Shown here: positions 14,569 through 28,044 of the stretch, piece by piece
How positions within the stretch are numbered: position 1 is the first letter of the stretch
Layout: the number at the start of each line of letters is the position of its first letter
Assembly: GCA_028534125.1 (NCBI GenBank)
Contig: CM052816.1
Span: forward strand, 48,858,001 to 48,922,000
Length of the DNA stretch: 64,000 bases
Source: Lama glama
Taxonomy: Eukaryota
Reading direction: 5' to 3'
Made by a program: the position numbers and the translations under genes
Notes under the pieces: model-generated
Seen by the model: the letters and a program-made list of their open reading frames with translations, nothing else
What the model was told of the DNA's origin: nothing
Databases searched by the model: none

Positions 14569-14984
14569 TGTGGTAAGCAAAGAAATGTGCCACCCATGTT
14601 GCCAAACAAGAAACGCCATGATGCCCCACTGTGGGAATGTGAAAAGCAGATAGTTCCAACAGTGGGGTCCACTGCAGTCCACCTCAGCAGAGTAGCCACC
14701 TCCTCCAAGGCCACGCCTTTCCTAAGCAACCTGCACCTACTGACTCAGTAAAGTGGAGGTGTAAATGACTGGCCATTTTGACCATTTTAGCCATTTAGCT
14801 GTCATTTAGCATTGACAGACAATATTAGTTCAAGACCTCCTCTCAGAATTTATCGATTCTTTATCACAGTTTGACATCTCCATTTGCCAGATATTGTCTT
14901 TCATTTATTTTCCATGGTTTTGCCCCATAAACATCTTGTACCCAAATTCTCTCTCAGCCTCTTTGGAGAACTCACTCTATGACA
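14569..14984 (+). mobile_element. ERVL solo LTR, LTR16-like
   Basis: TG...CA ends; 3' part 'cataaacatcttgtacccaaattctctctcagcctctttggagaactcactctatgaca' resembles the LTR16 U5. Confidence 0.65.
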
Positions 14985-15890
14985 TACATTTAGAATCAAG
15001 TTAAAATAGAAACATAATGGAAGAATTTGTCCATGCCACTACAAGGTATGGTATGTAAATGTGCAGGTAAGGAAAGGGGGCAATTGGAAAAATGGTTCAT
15101 TATTTGCTAACTCAATGTTCATGGAGAGTTTGTAGATCATAACTACTGCAAATAATGAGAATTGGTTACATAAAATTGTGGGTTTTGCAGTTATGTATAG
15201 AAACATTTTGTTCTCTCTACAAAAATGTTATGCTAGAAGGCAAAGACAGATATTAAAGGATCATACATTGTACTAAACTTAATCTAGGACTTTATCCTAA
15301 TTTCCATGAAGCCAAACTTCTCAGACTTTATATATATGGTCATTTCCCCAACCAAACTAAGATTATATTAATATATTAATCAGCTGATGATGATTAGCTG
15401 AAAACTGTTGTAATAATATTATTAATCTGCCTCAAGTGAAATATGTATGCATGAAAGGTATTTCATCAAACTTATAAGAATCAATTTCATGACAGTTTCC
15501 ATACTTTTTTCATAAAAACTTTTATACTTTTGGGAGAGGTGGAGTTAAGATTTGCCTTCTCAGTAGTATACCAGATATTAATGTTCACCAAAAAGAACCT
15601 GAAAATTGTGAAAACTAAAATGTTCCAGTCAATCATGTCACAGTAGGAGCCTAGAGAAAGCTTTCTAGTTTAGCTCATCTAAAGTGAGTCCTGGAAAACG
15701 AGATCTTAATCCTACATATGGAAAAATATGTAGACTATTCAGGGGAAAGGAATAGCAAGAGTGAAGTAAGAAAGCAAAATAAAGCATGGTGTTTTGAAAA
15801 GGGAACCAAGAATGTATGTAGAGGAGTGAGAGGGAAAGGCTTGCTAAGAAAGTAGGACTCTCATCATAAAAGACATGAAGAGAAATTCAG

Positions 15891-16371
15891 TGTATTAGTG
15901 TCCTATTGCTACTGTCACAAATTAGTACTAACTCAGTGGCTTTAACTACACAAATTTGTTCTCTAACAGTTCTGGAGGCCAGAAGTCTGAAATCAGTTTC
16001 AGTTGGCTAATGTCAAGGTGTTGGCAGGGTTGGATCCTTCTGGAGAGAGAATCTATTTCCTGGTCTTTTTCCTCTTACAGACATCGTTTGAATTCGTTGA
16101 CTTCCATCTTCGAAGCCAGTAATTGCATCACTCAAACCTCTGCTTTTGTCTTCTCATCTTCTATCTTCTACATTGCCTTCTCCTCTGAATCTGACTCTCA
16201 CTGCTGCCCTCTTATAAGAACTGCTATGTTATTCAAGATCATCTCCCCATCTCAAGATTTTTAATTTAATCACATCTGTAAATTTTCTTTTGCCATATAA
16301 AGTAACATGTACAGGTTACTGGAGTCAGGACATAGACATATGAGGACAGGAGCTTTATTTAATCTACCATG
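15891..16371 (-). mobile_element. MaLR solo LTR, MLT1D-like
   Basis: 'tgtattagtgtcctattgctactgtcacaaatt', 'cagttctggaggccagaagtctgaaatcagtttc', 'ttaatcacatctgtaaattttcttttgccatataaagtaaca'. Confidence 0.85.
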
Positions 16372-16430
16372 CTCTGTTTTTACCAAGAAGGAAATAATAA
16401 GACTTTGACTCATTCAAAACAGAGGTTCTA

Positions 16431-16536
16431 GGTGGGGAGTGGGGTATAGCATGCACGAGGTCCTGGGTTGAATCCCCAGTACCTCCTCCAAATATAGATA
16501 AACCCAATTACCTTACCCCTATAAAGAAAAAAAAAA
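16431..16536 (+). mobile_element. tRNA-derived SINE (camelid Vic-1-like) with internal deletion
   Basis: B-box region 'ggtcctgggttgaatccccagtacc', A-rich tail, and degenerate TSD tcattcaaaacagaggttct (16410-16429) / tcatttaaacagtggttct (16537-16555). Homologous to the copy at 44857-44993. Confidence 0.85.
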
Positions 16537-16545
16537 TCATTTAAA

Positions 16546-16743
16546 CAGTGGTTCTCATATGTCTATGTAAACATCACCTTGGACATTTATTAAAATACAG
16601 TTTTGGGGTCACTTGCCCAGAAATTTTGAGACCATAATATGTGTAGTAAGTCCTAACTAAATAATGAAACTAACATTAAAAAAAAAAACCTCTCTAAATG
16701 ATTTTGATGCAGATGGCTTAGAAAATATAGTTTGAAAAACAGT
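16546..16743. mobile_element. MER5-like MITE
   Basis: Starts 'cagtggttctc', internal 'atcaccttggacatttattaaaatacag', ends 'gattttgatgcagatgg...tttgaaaaacagt'. Confidence 0.65.
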
Positions 16744-16749
16744 AACATG

Positions 16750-17070
16750 AAGTTTAGGATTAACATAATCAAATTTACATTTTAGAAAGTGCAGTTGCCT
16801 GACAGTATAGTAGATGAACTGGAGGAGAGTAATACAGGAAAGACTAAAATAAGATAGAATGCTGTTAAAGTAGTTTAAGCTAACATGAAATAAAAAAATG
16901 CAGAAGGATGGCTTAATAGATAGATACCTAGAAAGTAGGATGACAAAACAAAAAACCTTGAGGATTTGGGAAATGGGCTATAAAGACAGTGAAGGGGAAG
17001 TCTGAGGTATATGTGAACAATCTCAGCTTTATAGCTTGGAAATGTGAATGGATGAAATTAATGATAATGT
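16750..17070 (-). mobile_element. L2 LINE fragment (probably continuous with ~15660-15890)
   Basis: Purine-rich L2 antisense motifs: 'acataatcaaatttacattttagaaag', 'aatgctgttaaagtagtttaagc'. Confidence 0.5.
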
Positions 17071-17999
17071 GTTTGAGTAACAGTGGCTATAAACCACTCA
17101 CAGTCCAATTATCATCAATAGCAAAGTTGAACATTTCTTTGTTACCTCAAAAATTTAAAGTTGATTCAATGAAATTAATAACTACAAATTGGTTTTCTAC
17201 TTTAAAAGTATAATACTTGTTGAATTCAGAAATACTTTTATTTACTAATACATAATAACACTGACTCAAGATATAATGCATGTATGCATGCATATATCAA
17301 GTTTTTTAAATAGCCTTGCTTAACCTGCTTATCACACGTTACTGTAGCTACAAAGATGATAGACTCAGACTTCAGTAAAATGTTTTTTTGTTTGTTTCTA
17401 GAAATAACTGCCAGTTTATAGACCTTTCATGTTTTATTTTCCTTTCTTCCAGCAGAAATCAGTTTGGTGGTTGGAAAATAAGAGATGTGTCATTTCCATA
17501 AATAGTTTTCTCAGTAGAACTTTGTAGATCAAGGTAATTAGCTTATCAGTCCTCTCACCATCATGAAATTTGAAGGAATTCTTCTGAAAATCATTCTCCA
17601 AACAAAAATATCTTTCAGTTAAGATTTTTACAACTTCACATACAATTTTAGCAAAAGTAGTGATTGTTAATATATTTCTCATTTCTTATTCTATGTAATA
17701 AGTTGTGAAAAATTCTGTTATCTTTGCCTATATTTAAATATTTGACAGCTAGTGTTGTTAGTATGCACCATCTAACAGGAAATAGATAAAACTTCATTAC
17801 ATATCTTCAGACGTTTTAAAATAATCACTATGGACTTACACTTGTCGATTCTTTATTTGAAATATAAAGCAAGAAAAGTTCATGAATGGTTCTTTGCTAT
17901 TGAGGAGTGTTGCTTAAAAGTCACTTACTAAGAAAGCTATAAATAGAAGAGGATTTTGCCTTGGTTTCATTTTACTTATGCTGCCTTATTCCCAGATGC

Positions 18000-18105
18000 T
18001 AGAGTGACCACATTATCTCTTGTCCAATAGGTGGAGTATTTGAGAAAGAAGAGGGTGGGACAATCTATGACTGCTCCAGACAAACCAAGAGATATGGTTA
18101 CCATA
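18000..18105. mobile_element. MER94/MER81-like hAT-Blackjack MITE
   Basis: Degenerate terminal inverted repeats 'tagagtgacca' ... 'tggttaccata'; about 105 bp. Confidence 0.6.
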
Positions 18106-18371
18106 TGCCCTGATTCCACCAATTTTCATAGTTTTAGTTGTTACTCCGAGTCCCAAAGGGTCTGCATTCGTCCTCATTTTGTCAGCTAATCTGATAAAGT
18201 AGAATGGGGCAACTGTGCTACAATTTAAACTTTAGAATTTCTTTTTCTAATTAGAACCCCAGGAGCAAGTCTTCTTCCAAAGGAGGCCAATATTACTGGA
18301 AAAGATTTTAAGATATTTTAAAAATTAGTTTTTTGTGTGGAATTTTTATTACTTTGATGTTTTTCAGTGCA

Positions 18372-18720
18372 CTTGTATTTTTTACTGTGCAATAAGCCAT
18401 CCCAAATTTAGTAGCTTAATATAATAGCCATTTTATTTAGCTCACATTCTATGGGGTGACAGTTTGAGTTGCTCTAAAATGGGTGTCTCTGCTGATCTGG
18501 GTCTGGCTCAGCTGACCTTGGCTGGGTTCATTTATGCACCTGTAGTCAGCTGCCACACCAGCTGAGTGCTGACAGGTCTATGTTGGCTCATCCAGTACAG
18601 CTGTCCATGCTCCAAGTGTCCTTTCATTCTCCAGCAGGCATTCTGGGTTTGCCCACATGGCATGCAGCAGCAAAAGAGGTGCAAGAGGGCACGTGAGTCA
18701 AGTGCAAGGTTTCATGTATC
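18372..18720 (-). mobile_element. MaLR LTR fragment, MLT1H-like
   Basis: 'cccaaatttagtagcttaatataatagccattttatttagctcacattct', 'ttggctgggttcatttatgcacctgtagtcagctg'. Confidence 0.7.
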
Positions 18721-21700
18721 CATTTATATCTGTATGTGTGCTTACACACAGGTTTCCATAATAGATTTCAGAATTCATTAGGGACTGATTCTAAATTTAT
18801 ATATATTATTTTTCTTTTTTCTCTTTCTTCACTCAGAAAACTGGACAGGATATATTTCCTTTTCCTTCTGTTTCTATTTTAAATATCACACTATAGGACA
18901 TGTACAATTTCATGTATTTTCTCTTGTGCAAGAAACTTTTCTTTGGGCCTGTGGTGAGGATGAAAATGAAATCCAGATTCTAAAGGATAGTGAAGTGTTG
19001 ACAAACAGTTTTGCTTACCTGAGGTCAGAACAGCAAGTCCTCACTAAGGTAAATTTCAAAGAAACATTACAGTGCAACATAGACAAGTTGTGTGCTTTTC
19101 TTAGTTATTAAAACCACTAGACTTCAAGTATGTAAATGATGCTAGTTGTATTATAAATTAAACAAAAACACCTCAGTGTTTCGTATAAAGTTGTCACTTA
19201 CACTTTCTTATAAGGTTGTCATTTTCAGCCAAATGTTGCAAAATGTTGAATGTCTTTGAAATAGCTTGAGGGAGCGTATACTAAAGAATATTGTAATATG
19301 CTCCATTGACTCCCAGTCCTCCTCTTTGCCCAATGTTTCTGTTAAAAAAAAAAAAAAGATGTCCAAAAGCTCTATTAACTCTATTAACATTGTTCCTGTT
19401 ATTATTTTGAGGGATTTTAATATGCTAATCTTCAGAATGCTAGTCACACCTTTTCTCAGTGTTCTTAATTCTAGTGCTCAATTTCTTCTCTGCTGTTCAT
19501 GAGAATAAACTTATTTAAACTTTCTCTTCTCTAAGAACTGTACAATTGATAGGATTTCAAATTCTGGACATCTATTCCCTTGCCACAGCCTCATGTCCTT
19601 TCATATCACTTGTAGGTGTATGTCATTGAAATCTTGCATATCTCATATCTTACATGCTGTCATAGTCCAACTGCCATCTTTTAGATTCAGTGGGATTAGG
19701 ATGAATAGTTTTCTATCTCAACACCTCTCATTTCAATATCAGAATTCTCCTGTCGTTCTCTGTTGCTTTTCTTAATTTCTTCACATCTACTTTCTCACTG
19801 AATCTATACGAATTTACAGTGATCACCAAAATGAAGATTGGATTTTACTGTTTGCTTACAGCGTACATCCCTGTAGATTTTGATTTTGTTGATAAGCCTA
19901 GCAAGAATTCCTCTGCTTCATAGGTTTCTGTATCATAAATCTTTCCAAGGTATTCTTCAAAATCTTTTCCTTCTAATTATTTCTTCAGCTCTTCCTCCTC
20001 TTTTTCTCTTACCCCAAATCTACTCTTGTTTCTTCTTTTCTTCTGGATTTTCTTCAATAGTAATTACCTACAATTAACAATTGGATCACTTTTGTAGGCT
20101 AAGTGCTTGAAAGTCTAATTTTCTAACTCTGATCTATAGAATTTAATTTCCCATTTCTAACCACCTCTTTTACAACTTTGCATTGATGTGACAATAGAGT
20201 TCTAAGTCATAAGTTAGCCATGAAAAGCTCTTTGATCTGGATCTAGGTATGCTTTTCTACCTTATCTCCCATATGTTTCTACCACTATATAACACAGTTT
20301 TTCCCCATATATGTCTCTTAGCTTTTTCTGTGGCATCTTGACTCTGTTTCCAAAACATCAAGGAATGTCCAAACCTTACAGCCTTTTCTAGGCCCCATGC
20401 AAATCTACCTCCACTAGTACCTCCCTCAGTGCCTTCATCTCAAAGAAATTTTTCTCATTTTAATTTTAATTTTGCTTTACCTGCCTTTTGCCAAGTTGAC
20501 TGATTCCATATTAATAGAATAAAATATTTACATAAATATTTATTATTTTATAAACATTTATTGTTTTAGTCTATGTTTCTAGTATCCGACAGTGATGTAT
20601 AATTGCAGCTTTAAATATAAAAAAGTCAGTGAACTATTAAGAGAACAACGTCTTTGTTTATGTCAGGTGGACGTCAGATAAGTATGAGAAGGGCCAGTGA
20701 CTTACGTGTTAAGGAATCCGAGACAAACCTTTCCATTCCTATTTTTCATTTTTCTACACATGGCCCATAAAGGTAACTAAGTCCATTTAACAAACAGTTG
20801 TTGGAATAATAATTGTATAAGCACAAATAGAGAAGAGAAACTATTTCTCAAATTTCAAATCTCCTGTGACTAAAATGTGTACTGCTACTTACAGACATTA
20901 TTTCATATGTATATAGTATATGGCTATGCAGATAAAAATGTAATATTCTATATAATTATAAACATTTATCTATACTTTCTTCTTCTTTAGTTCTCTCAAA
21001 CCCAGAACAACAAAGGGATTGAGTCTGCCTAACAGTGTTAGTATGTTCCACATTAGAAAAATTACATTTGAGAAAACAAGCTCAGAGGAAAGATATCTGT
21101 TTTTCCTTTTCATTTAGAAGCTTTCTGACTCTTTTGTCCCAAGCTCTAATAGGAGAGTCATGTTGACTCAGAGTATTTACTATAATAACTTATAGCTTGT
21201 CAAAGTTTTTCACGAGATAATTTTATGCTTAAGAAATGTGTTATGTTAGAAAGACACTTAAATAAGTGAATTTCATAGCTTTACATCCAAGTATTCTTCT
21301 ATTTGGCAAATCATTGTGTTAAAGTGTTATCTTCATTCTTGTTACATAAAATATGAGGAACACAATTTAATTTGTACGTTATTCCTCTACATTTTATTAT
21401 ATTAACACTCACTTGGTAACTATCTATAGTTGATCTTTTCTGGTTGAATACATAAATGACTCTTCTTGTGGATTTGGAAAGTTAAATATGTTGAGTATAT
21501 ATCGTGTCAGTGTTCCTTCCATGTATTAAAATGTTAAAAAAATATAAAAATTATTTTTACTTTCAATCTTTAGAGAAATAATCTTCAATTATATTTGAAT
21601 GCACTAGAATTCATGTAAATTTCCTATAGCCAATAACTGACAATTTTATTCTTCAAGAGCTAAATAAAGTTATAAATAATTTGACCTAATTAGTAAGAAA

Positions 21701-23479
21701 TACCTTCTTCGGTCTGAGACTTGGATGGGGGCAGGGAGAGAGAGAAAAAGAGAGAAAGAGAAAAAGAAAGAGAGAGAAAGTAAAACAATGTGAAGATTAA
21801 TAAAGCCTTCCACTGTTTCATAAATGTTCTTATAAGAAACAGGGAGGTTAATACATCCCCCAATACATTCTATAGCATTACTTTCTTGAAAAAAAAAAAA
21901 AGGAAGTTGTCTAGCCATGTGAGGGAGAAATTTTGGATTAAACACAGCGTACCAGTTTGTTTGCCAAAGGACTAGAAGGTTTTAATTGGCAAGTGTGCTT
22001 TGAGAAGCCCCAGGAGAGACAGGAATCGAGGGAGTTGAGAACGAGGATTGAGAAAGACACAGTATGAAACTGGAATCCAGTTGGGGAGATTTGTGGCAAA
22101 TATAAGAAAAAATAATTGGAAACATAAAATAATTAAATGCTGTTTTTAATTCAGTGGTTCATTATTTCCCTCTTAACAAGACATTTAAGATCTGTGCCTG
22201 TGTCATGTATTTGTATATTTCCAGCATTCATAAAAATGACAAACAGTAGAATGTTTAATATATATTTTATTAAATATTTGTGAAAAACTTTAATTGTGAA
22301 AACTGTATTTGGAAAAATTCTTATTCCATTTAAACTTTAGGAACCATGTAGAATGTTTATCTCGAAAGTAACAAAAATTATTATTGAAAACTGGGACTAA
22401 TATGAATAATATCAGAGAACTCTCCCTGTCTTTATATTCCTGAGCAGGCATGTAAAACATATTTTCTTTTTTGAAATAAAACATTAACTAGGTAGCTTCT
22501 GCAATAGAGTCTCAAAATGTATACTGGATCTTGTTCAGCTTTCACAGTTAAGATGCTGATGCATTTTTTTCCTTGAGGAGACATTCTGCAGGGAACTTTG
22601 TTGTTGGCAAACTTTATACCATCTTGAAGTATGTAAACAGTCCATAAACTCTCTACTAGCAGGCAGCAGTAAACAATCAATCTCTGAACCATTCACTAGA
22701 CCAGAAAAACTTCCTGAGATATCAAATAATTTCTTCAAAGCTTATATTCCACACATGTGTCTAGCAAAAATTCATTTTAAATTCCTAGCTTAGAGAATAT
22801 GTAATACCTTATTAAAGCTAGGGAGAATCATTGCAGTAACATGTAGCTTTGGTTATACTGCAGTGGTCTGCAGCTGCAAAGCCAGTTAGAAACAAGTCAA
22901 TCAGAAATGATTTACTTTTAGCAGTGACCTTGCAAATACCTGCTCTTGAAATCTTGTTGAATTTAGTCCAACTTAGTCCAACTCACTCTCATTTTAATGA
23001 CCCTATCTATGACTATTCAAAAGAAAATAATATAAAATAGCAAAATCTAAGAACTAGGGATATCTGCATTTACTAGTAAAATTTTAAAAAATTAAAGTTC
23101 AAGTAATGTTATTCTGCCCCTATCACTTTCATAGCTGACTGTTTAAATATTATCAGCACCCTATTAAGATTTCTAAACTACTTTGAGTAAAAGTATATAT
23201 TATGTCTGGAGAGATTCACATTTTCCAAATATCACTGCCCTTTGAACTTAAGTATATCGGTATATTCATATTGGCTTAGCTTCAGTTCAATGTGCTTTCT
23301 CAGTTAAATGACGAATCCACATTGCAAAGGCAGATATGAAATGACACAATCTGGCTGGTAAATATACAAACAAAAACAGTCTAGATAATTATTTTCAAAA
23401 TTTATTTATCAAATCACTTTTTGATATGGTTCATAGTATATGGGGCCATAACAAACCTATTTTATTTTTGCTTTTTACC

Positions 23480-24190
23480 TATTTAATTGAAGTACAATAA
23501 ACAAACAGGATAGTCTGAATCATAAGTGTTGGGCTCAATGATATCCATAAAGGAAATACACTCATATAACCAGCACGCAGATCAAAACAAACAGAAAGTA
23601 ACCAACATACCCTGTCCTAGCCATGACATGCCACATTCAGGTTAACCCCTATCTCGAAGTGTAACACTGTAGAATAGTTTTGCCTGTTTTAAAACATCAT
23701 ATAAATAAATTATGCAGAATGAACTCCTTTGTGTCGTGAGCTTCTTTGTCTCAACAGTAGGTATGTAAGATTTACCCATGATTTTGGAAATAGGTATGGT
23801 TTAATCATTCTCTTTGCAGTATAGTAGCCCATTGTATAAATATACCACAATTTATTTATCCATTATTCTGTTGATGAGCATTTGAGTTTTTATTGTTTCA
23901 GGACTTAGAAGAAAAAAACATTGCCATGAACATTCTTTTATATGTCTTCAGTGAGTATACATTTAGATTACTTCTGAGGATATTCTCGGGATTGTACATC
24001 TACCTATTACATATACTTACAGGATATATGTATAGTGAGTTTTTACCAGATATTGTAAAATGCTTTTCTAACAAGTGAAGTTGCTCCACCTTCTCACCAA
24101 CTAGATGTATCTGTTCTATTTTTATTTCATTCATAAGACTCTTTGATGTGTTGTATAGCATTGATTTTTAAATTGCAAGTCTCATATAAA
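23480..24190 (-). mobile_element. Old L1 3' end (L1ME-like)
   Basis: 'tttaattgaagtacaataa', 'cccattgtataaatataccacaatttatttatccattattctgttgatgagcatttg', 'ccatgaacattc'. Confidence 0.75.
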
Positions 24191-25116
24191 ACAAAATAAA
24201 TGTATTTATTTGCCATTTTAACAAAGTTCTTGTTTATGTAAAATACTAAAATGAAAGGGGCATACTTACAGGAATGTATAGAAAGATAGCATAAAGATAT
24301 CTGAATGATGAACAAAATGTAGTACCAAGGGATATAAAAAATTAGGTTTACATCGTATTGTTAGTTTCTCTTCTTTTTCATGTCTTCTAGTGTTTGGTTA
24401 TAATTTAAAAGAAGGTCTTGATTGGTTCTGTTCCCCCTAAGAGGACATTTTCTCTCTTAGAGACAATACTGCTTAGAGATAATTCTCGTAGAGACAATAC
24501 CTTTTGAGACAATAGGTGTCTCTAAGAATATACACTAGTTATTGGGAAAGGCAGTCGCAAGCATGCAGTTTTCCGACTCTCCCTCAGCTACACAGAAATG
24601 AGTCTTGGGCCTGTAACACTGCCTTGCAAAGAGACTAAAGAGCTCCCAGCAGCCTGTGCCAGGTTTATCGTTTCCTATGGGAGTACCTTTCCATATTTCA
24701 GGCACAATGAGCTCTCTTTTGTCTCTGCTTAAAGCCGTGCATCATATGGCACCTGGCCAAGCCCACCGTTAAAACTACCTCCTGCAAGAAGCAGAAGCAG
24801 CTTCCTTCCACTGCGGCCCTGAGAGGAAAGCGTGTAGGCCTCCACTGCCAAGAGATCTGCTGGCCACAGGGACAGACACCAACTATCAAAATAGATCTCA
24901 CTTTATTTCTTGTCTGTGTGAGGAAAGCCTTGTTCCATCCAGTGCTGAACATTGTTGCTTTCCTTGACAACTCAAATACCAAGATACAGTGGGCAGAAGT
25001 GTTTGGAGTCCTTCCCAGGAATGGTATCAGGTGCTTGGTACTCTGCTGGATACTAGGACTAGGTGAATTCATGTGGGAGGGCAGAATTTATTTTTGTCAG
25101 ATGACAAAGGCTAAAT

Positions 25117-25309
25117 CAGGGGTTCTCCTACTTTAAGGTACATCAGAATTACTTTTGGGGATTATTAAAAACATAGAATCCTGGGGCTCCCCCTTTCAGA
25201 CTTTCTAATTCAGGAGTGAAGTGGGTGTGGCCTGAGAATTTGCATTTCTAGCAAGTTGCCAAGTGATGCTGCATCCACTGGTCTGAGGGCATTCCATTGA
25301 GAATCACTG
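25117..25309. mobile_element. MER5A MITE
   Basis: 'caggggttctc...catcagaattac...ggcctgagaatttgcatttctagcaagtt...tgagaatcactg'; about 190 bp with terminal inverted repeats. Confidence 0.85.
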
Positions 25310-25950
25310 TTCTAAGAAAATAGACAAGAGTGGTGAGAACACTTTTATTTTAAGTTATGTGGAACTGGTTCAAATATTCTCCAGTCTGTTCCTTGATTAG
25401 CTGTGTGACTTTGAGTTATTTACATCTAGGCTTCATTTCTACATTTCTATAACAATTTTATTTTCAAATTAAGCATAGTAATGTATTTTTTTCATATAAC
25501 AACATTATGTGTAAACACTCCCAAGTACTTCCTGGTTTCAAAGGAGCGTGGCATCACCGCCCAATAAAAGCTGAGTCATGGTGCAACTGTCTCATCCAGT
25601 GATGATCCTGTGTGTGTGTGTGTGGGGGGGGGTGTTGTCTCATGTATGGGGACACAAAAATTAGCATAAATTTTTGAAGCCACTGAGCAAATACAGATAT
25701 ATGCTTTCTAATGAACGATTGTTTCAATTCCTTCAATGGAAAAATAAAAGCTTTGTGCATATAAATAGGTATTTTATTTGTTTCTCTGTGGGTTTGTTTT
25801 TACATCTTTGATTGTTATGTGGGAACTTCCGATTTCATTCAAATGCTATGAGTTGTAAGTATTTATTTAATGACCTTTTAATATTTTAATGCATATTACA
25901 TCTTGAGTAACCTGACAGTCAAAGCAAAACATTCACAACTTTTTTTCCCC

Positions 25951-26050
25951 TTCTCTCTTCTCTCTCTTCTCTCTCTCTGTCTGTCTTGCTCTCACTCTCG
26001 CTCTCGCTCACTCTCACTCTCTCTATCTCCCTCAGTCTGTCTTGCTCTCT
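25951..26050. repeat. Degenerate (CT)n microsatellite
   Basis: ttctctcttctctctcttctctctctctgtctgtcttgctctcactctcgctctcgctc... Confidence 0.8.
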
Positions 26051-26328
26051 ACCTTTGCCCTATGATGGTTGTAGAGGATCCTTTCTTCATTCAGCAAGCT
26101 GGCATGTATTTAAATTTTAGCAGTATTGAAGCATATTTATAAGTTTTGAATTTTATGATGTAATTTCTTTTTATCTATTATAACAAAAATTTCCTTCTGT
26201 CGAATTTTTCTTCTCAAGTAATTGCCCTCATGATTAGAGATTTTAAGTATTAAACATTTCTCTGTTAAACCTTTTAAACATTCAAAATTGTCACATATTT
26301 GAGAAACACTTGTGGTCTTGAATACTGT

Positions 26329-26825
26329 TGTGAACAAAAAATACTACAAACCACATTGGTAAACAAAGAATGCTGAAGCCATCAAGTTATCCACAGCTGC
26401 TGCCACCCCACAGTGAAGAAAAGCCTGCAGCCCAGCCTCTGCAGCCACTCACAATGCTGCACTCTGAAGGGACTCAGAATAAGAAAGGACAGGATACTGG
26501 CCCTAGATAGCTAGGTGCTTGTCAAAGAAATGAATTCAATGAGCCCAAATGTTTGCTGCCTCCCATACATAGAAAAGCACTCAATTCTTTAACTTGCTAC
26601 GTCTGGTTTTCTTTAGTTAGCAAGTAATCTTTTATTGTTCCAGCTACCTGGTCTTTGTTGTAAAACTCCTGTATATCCTAGCTCCTCCCCTGCCTCTTTG
26701 GAGCAGTCCCTCAGAGCGACCTGAGAGGCTGTCATCCTGGGCTCAAAGGGGTTTGAGTCCTCAGAAATGTCTGCCAAATAAAACATAACTTCAACTTTTA
26801 GGCTGTGCATTTATTTCAGTCAACA
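26329..26825 (+). mobile_element. ERV1-type solo LTR, family A copy 1
   Basis: TGTGA...CAACA ends, TSD CTGT at 26325-26328 and 26826-26829, AATAAA near the 3' end, homologous to 28045-28486. Confidence 0.93.
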
Positions 26826-26958
26826 CTGTAAATGTACTTAGTAAAACTTTAAGACATTTATTTGTTAATCAAGGCATATTGGGGACTATTTATATTTTAG
26901 ATCAATATGTTATCTCTTTCTCAAAAATTTATTTGAAATATTCATTTCTGCTTAGTAC

Positions 26959-27585
26959 TGAGACAGAAAGGGGGCAGGGCACAGCCATTCAAGGAATGTT
27001 ACAGCAATTAACATCAAAATGGTGAAAGATTCAACCCCCAGAAGGCCTTGAGGCTGAAGATGGTGGGAGACTTAACCTCTAGCAGAGCTTGAGCTTCATT
27101 TTACACCCATTGTAATAGATTAGCATGGTGAATAACATGCCCACAGGCACCACGGCAGTCCCAAGGCTAGCCACAAAAGGTCAAAGAGTGGGAAATGGCC
27201 AACTTCTTGGGAATCCCAGTCTCCTCCCCAGGCTACTTAGACTGGTCCTTCCACTTATTAGCATATGAAGCCACCAAGCCCGTAAAAACTAGCAACACAG
27301 TGCCTCTAGGCTACCTCTCTCTCCCTCTTTGGAGACAGCCCACATTCTGTCTATGGAATGTGTACCTACTTTTAATCTGAGCACCCAACCCCCACACCTC
27401 ATGGCCTTTCTCTTGCCTTTCAATGTATCTCTCTGAATAAATCTACCTTCACTCAACTGTGGCTCACTCTTGAATTCTTTCCTGCGTGAAGCCAAGGGCC
27501 CACACTTGGCATGGCACGTCCCAGGGGCTCAACTGAAGCCTAGCATATGGCCCTTCTCACACCCCACATCCGTTTTCTTGCATCA
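26959..27585 (+). mobile_element. ERV1-type solo LTR, family B
   Basis: TGAGA...CATCA ends, TSD GTAC at 26955-26958 and 27586-27589, 'ctgaataaatc' polyA signal followed by 'ttgaattctttcctgcgtgaagccaag'. Confidence 0.92.
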
Positions 27586-28044
27586 GTACCACAATCCATT
27601 TATATGTCTGAATCTATTGGAAAGGTGTTGTATATTTACATTATTGGTTGAATTATCATTCCTAACATGATTGGTAGGCCAAATACAAACTGAAGAAATT
27701 ATCATCAGAACAACCACTGCAACTGAACAAGGAAATATTACTTAGTGTTGTGTCTGGTCACTTTTGTTACCACTATGTTTATTTTTAACATTTTAACAAC
27801 ATGTTTTCTGTGAAATTTGACATTTCTGTAGTATTTATATTTGCTTTTTTGTATTTTGTTAAAAGTCAGTCACTTAATTGCAGTAAGAATACAAAAAATT
27901 CAAGTCATATTTTCTTTCCAATTACATATGCAAAAATAAATATTGAGTTTTATTTGCTTTTTGTTTCAATTTCCACTGAACAACACCTTTGGTCTTTCAT
28001 TTTTGTTGCCTGATTCACACAAATGTCAAATGTCTATAAAGAGG

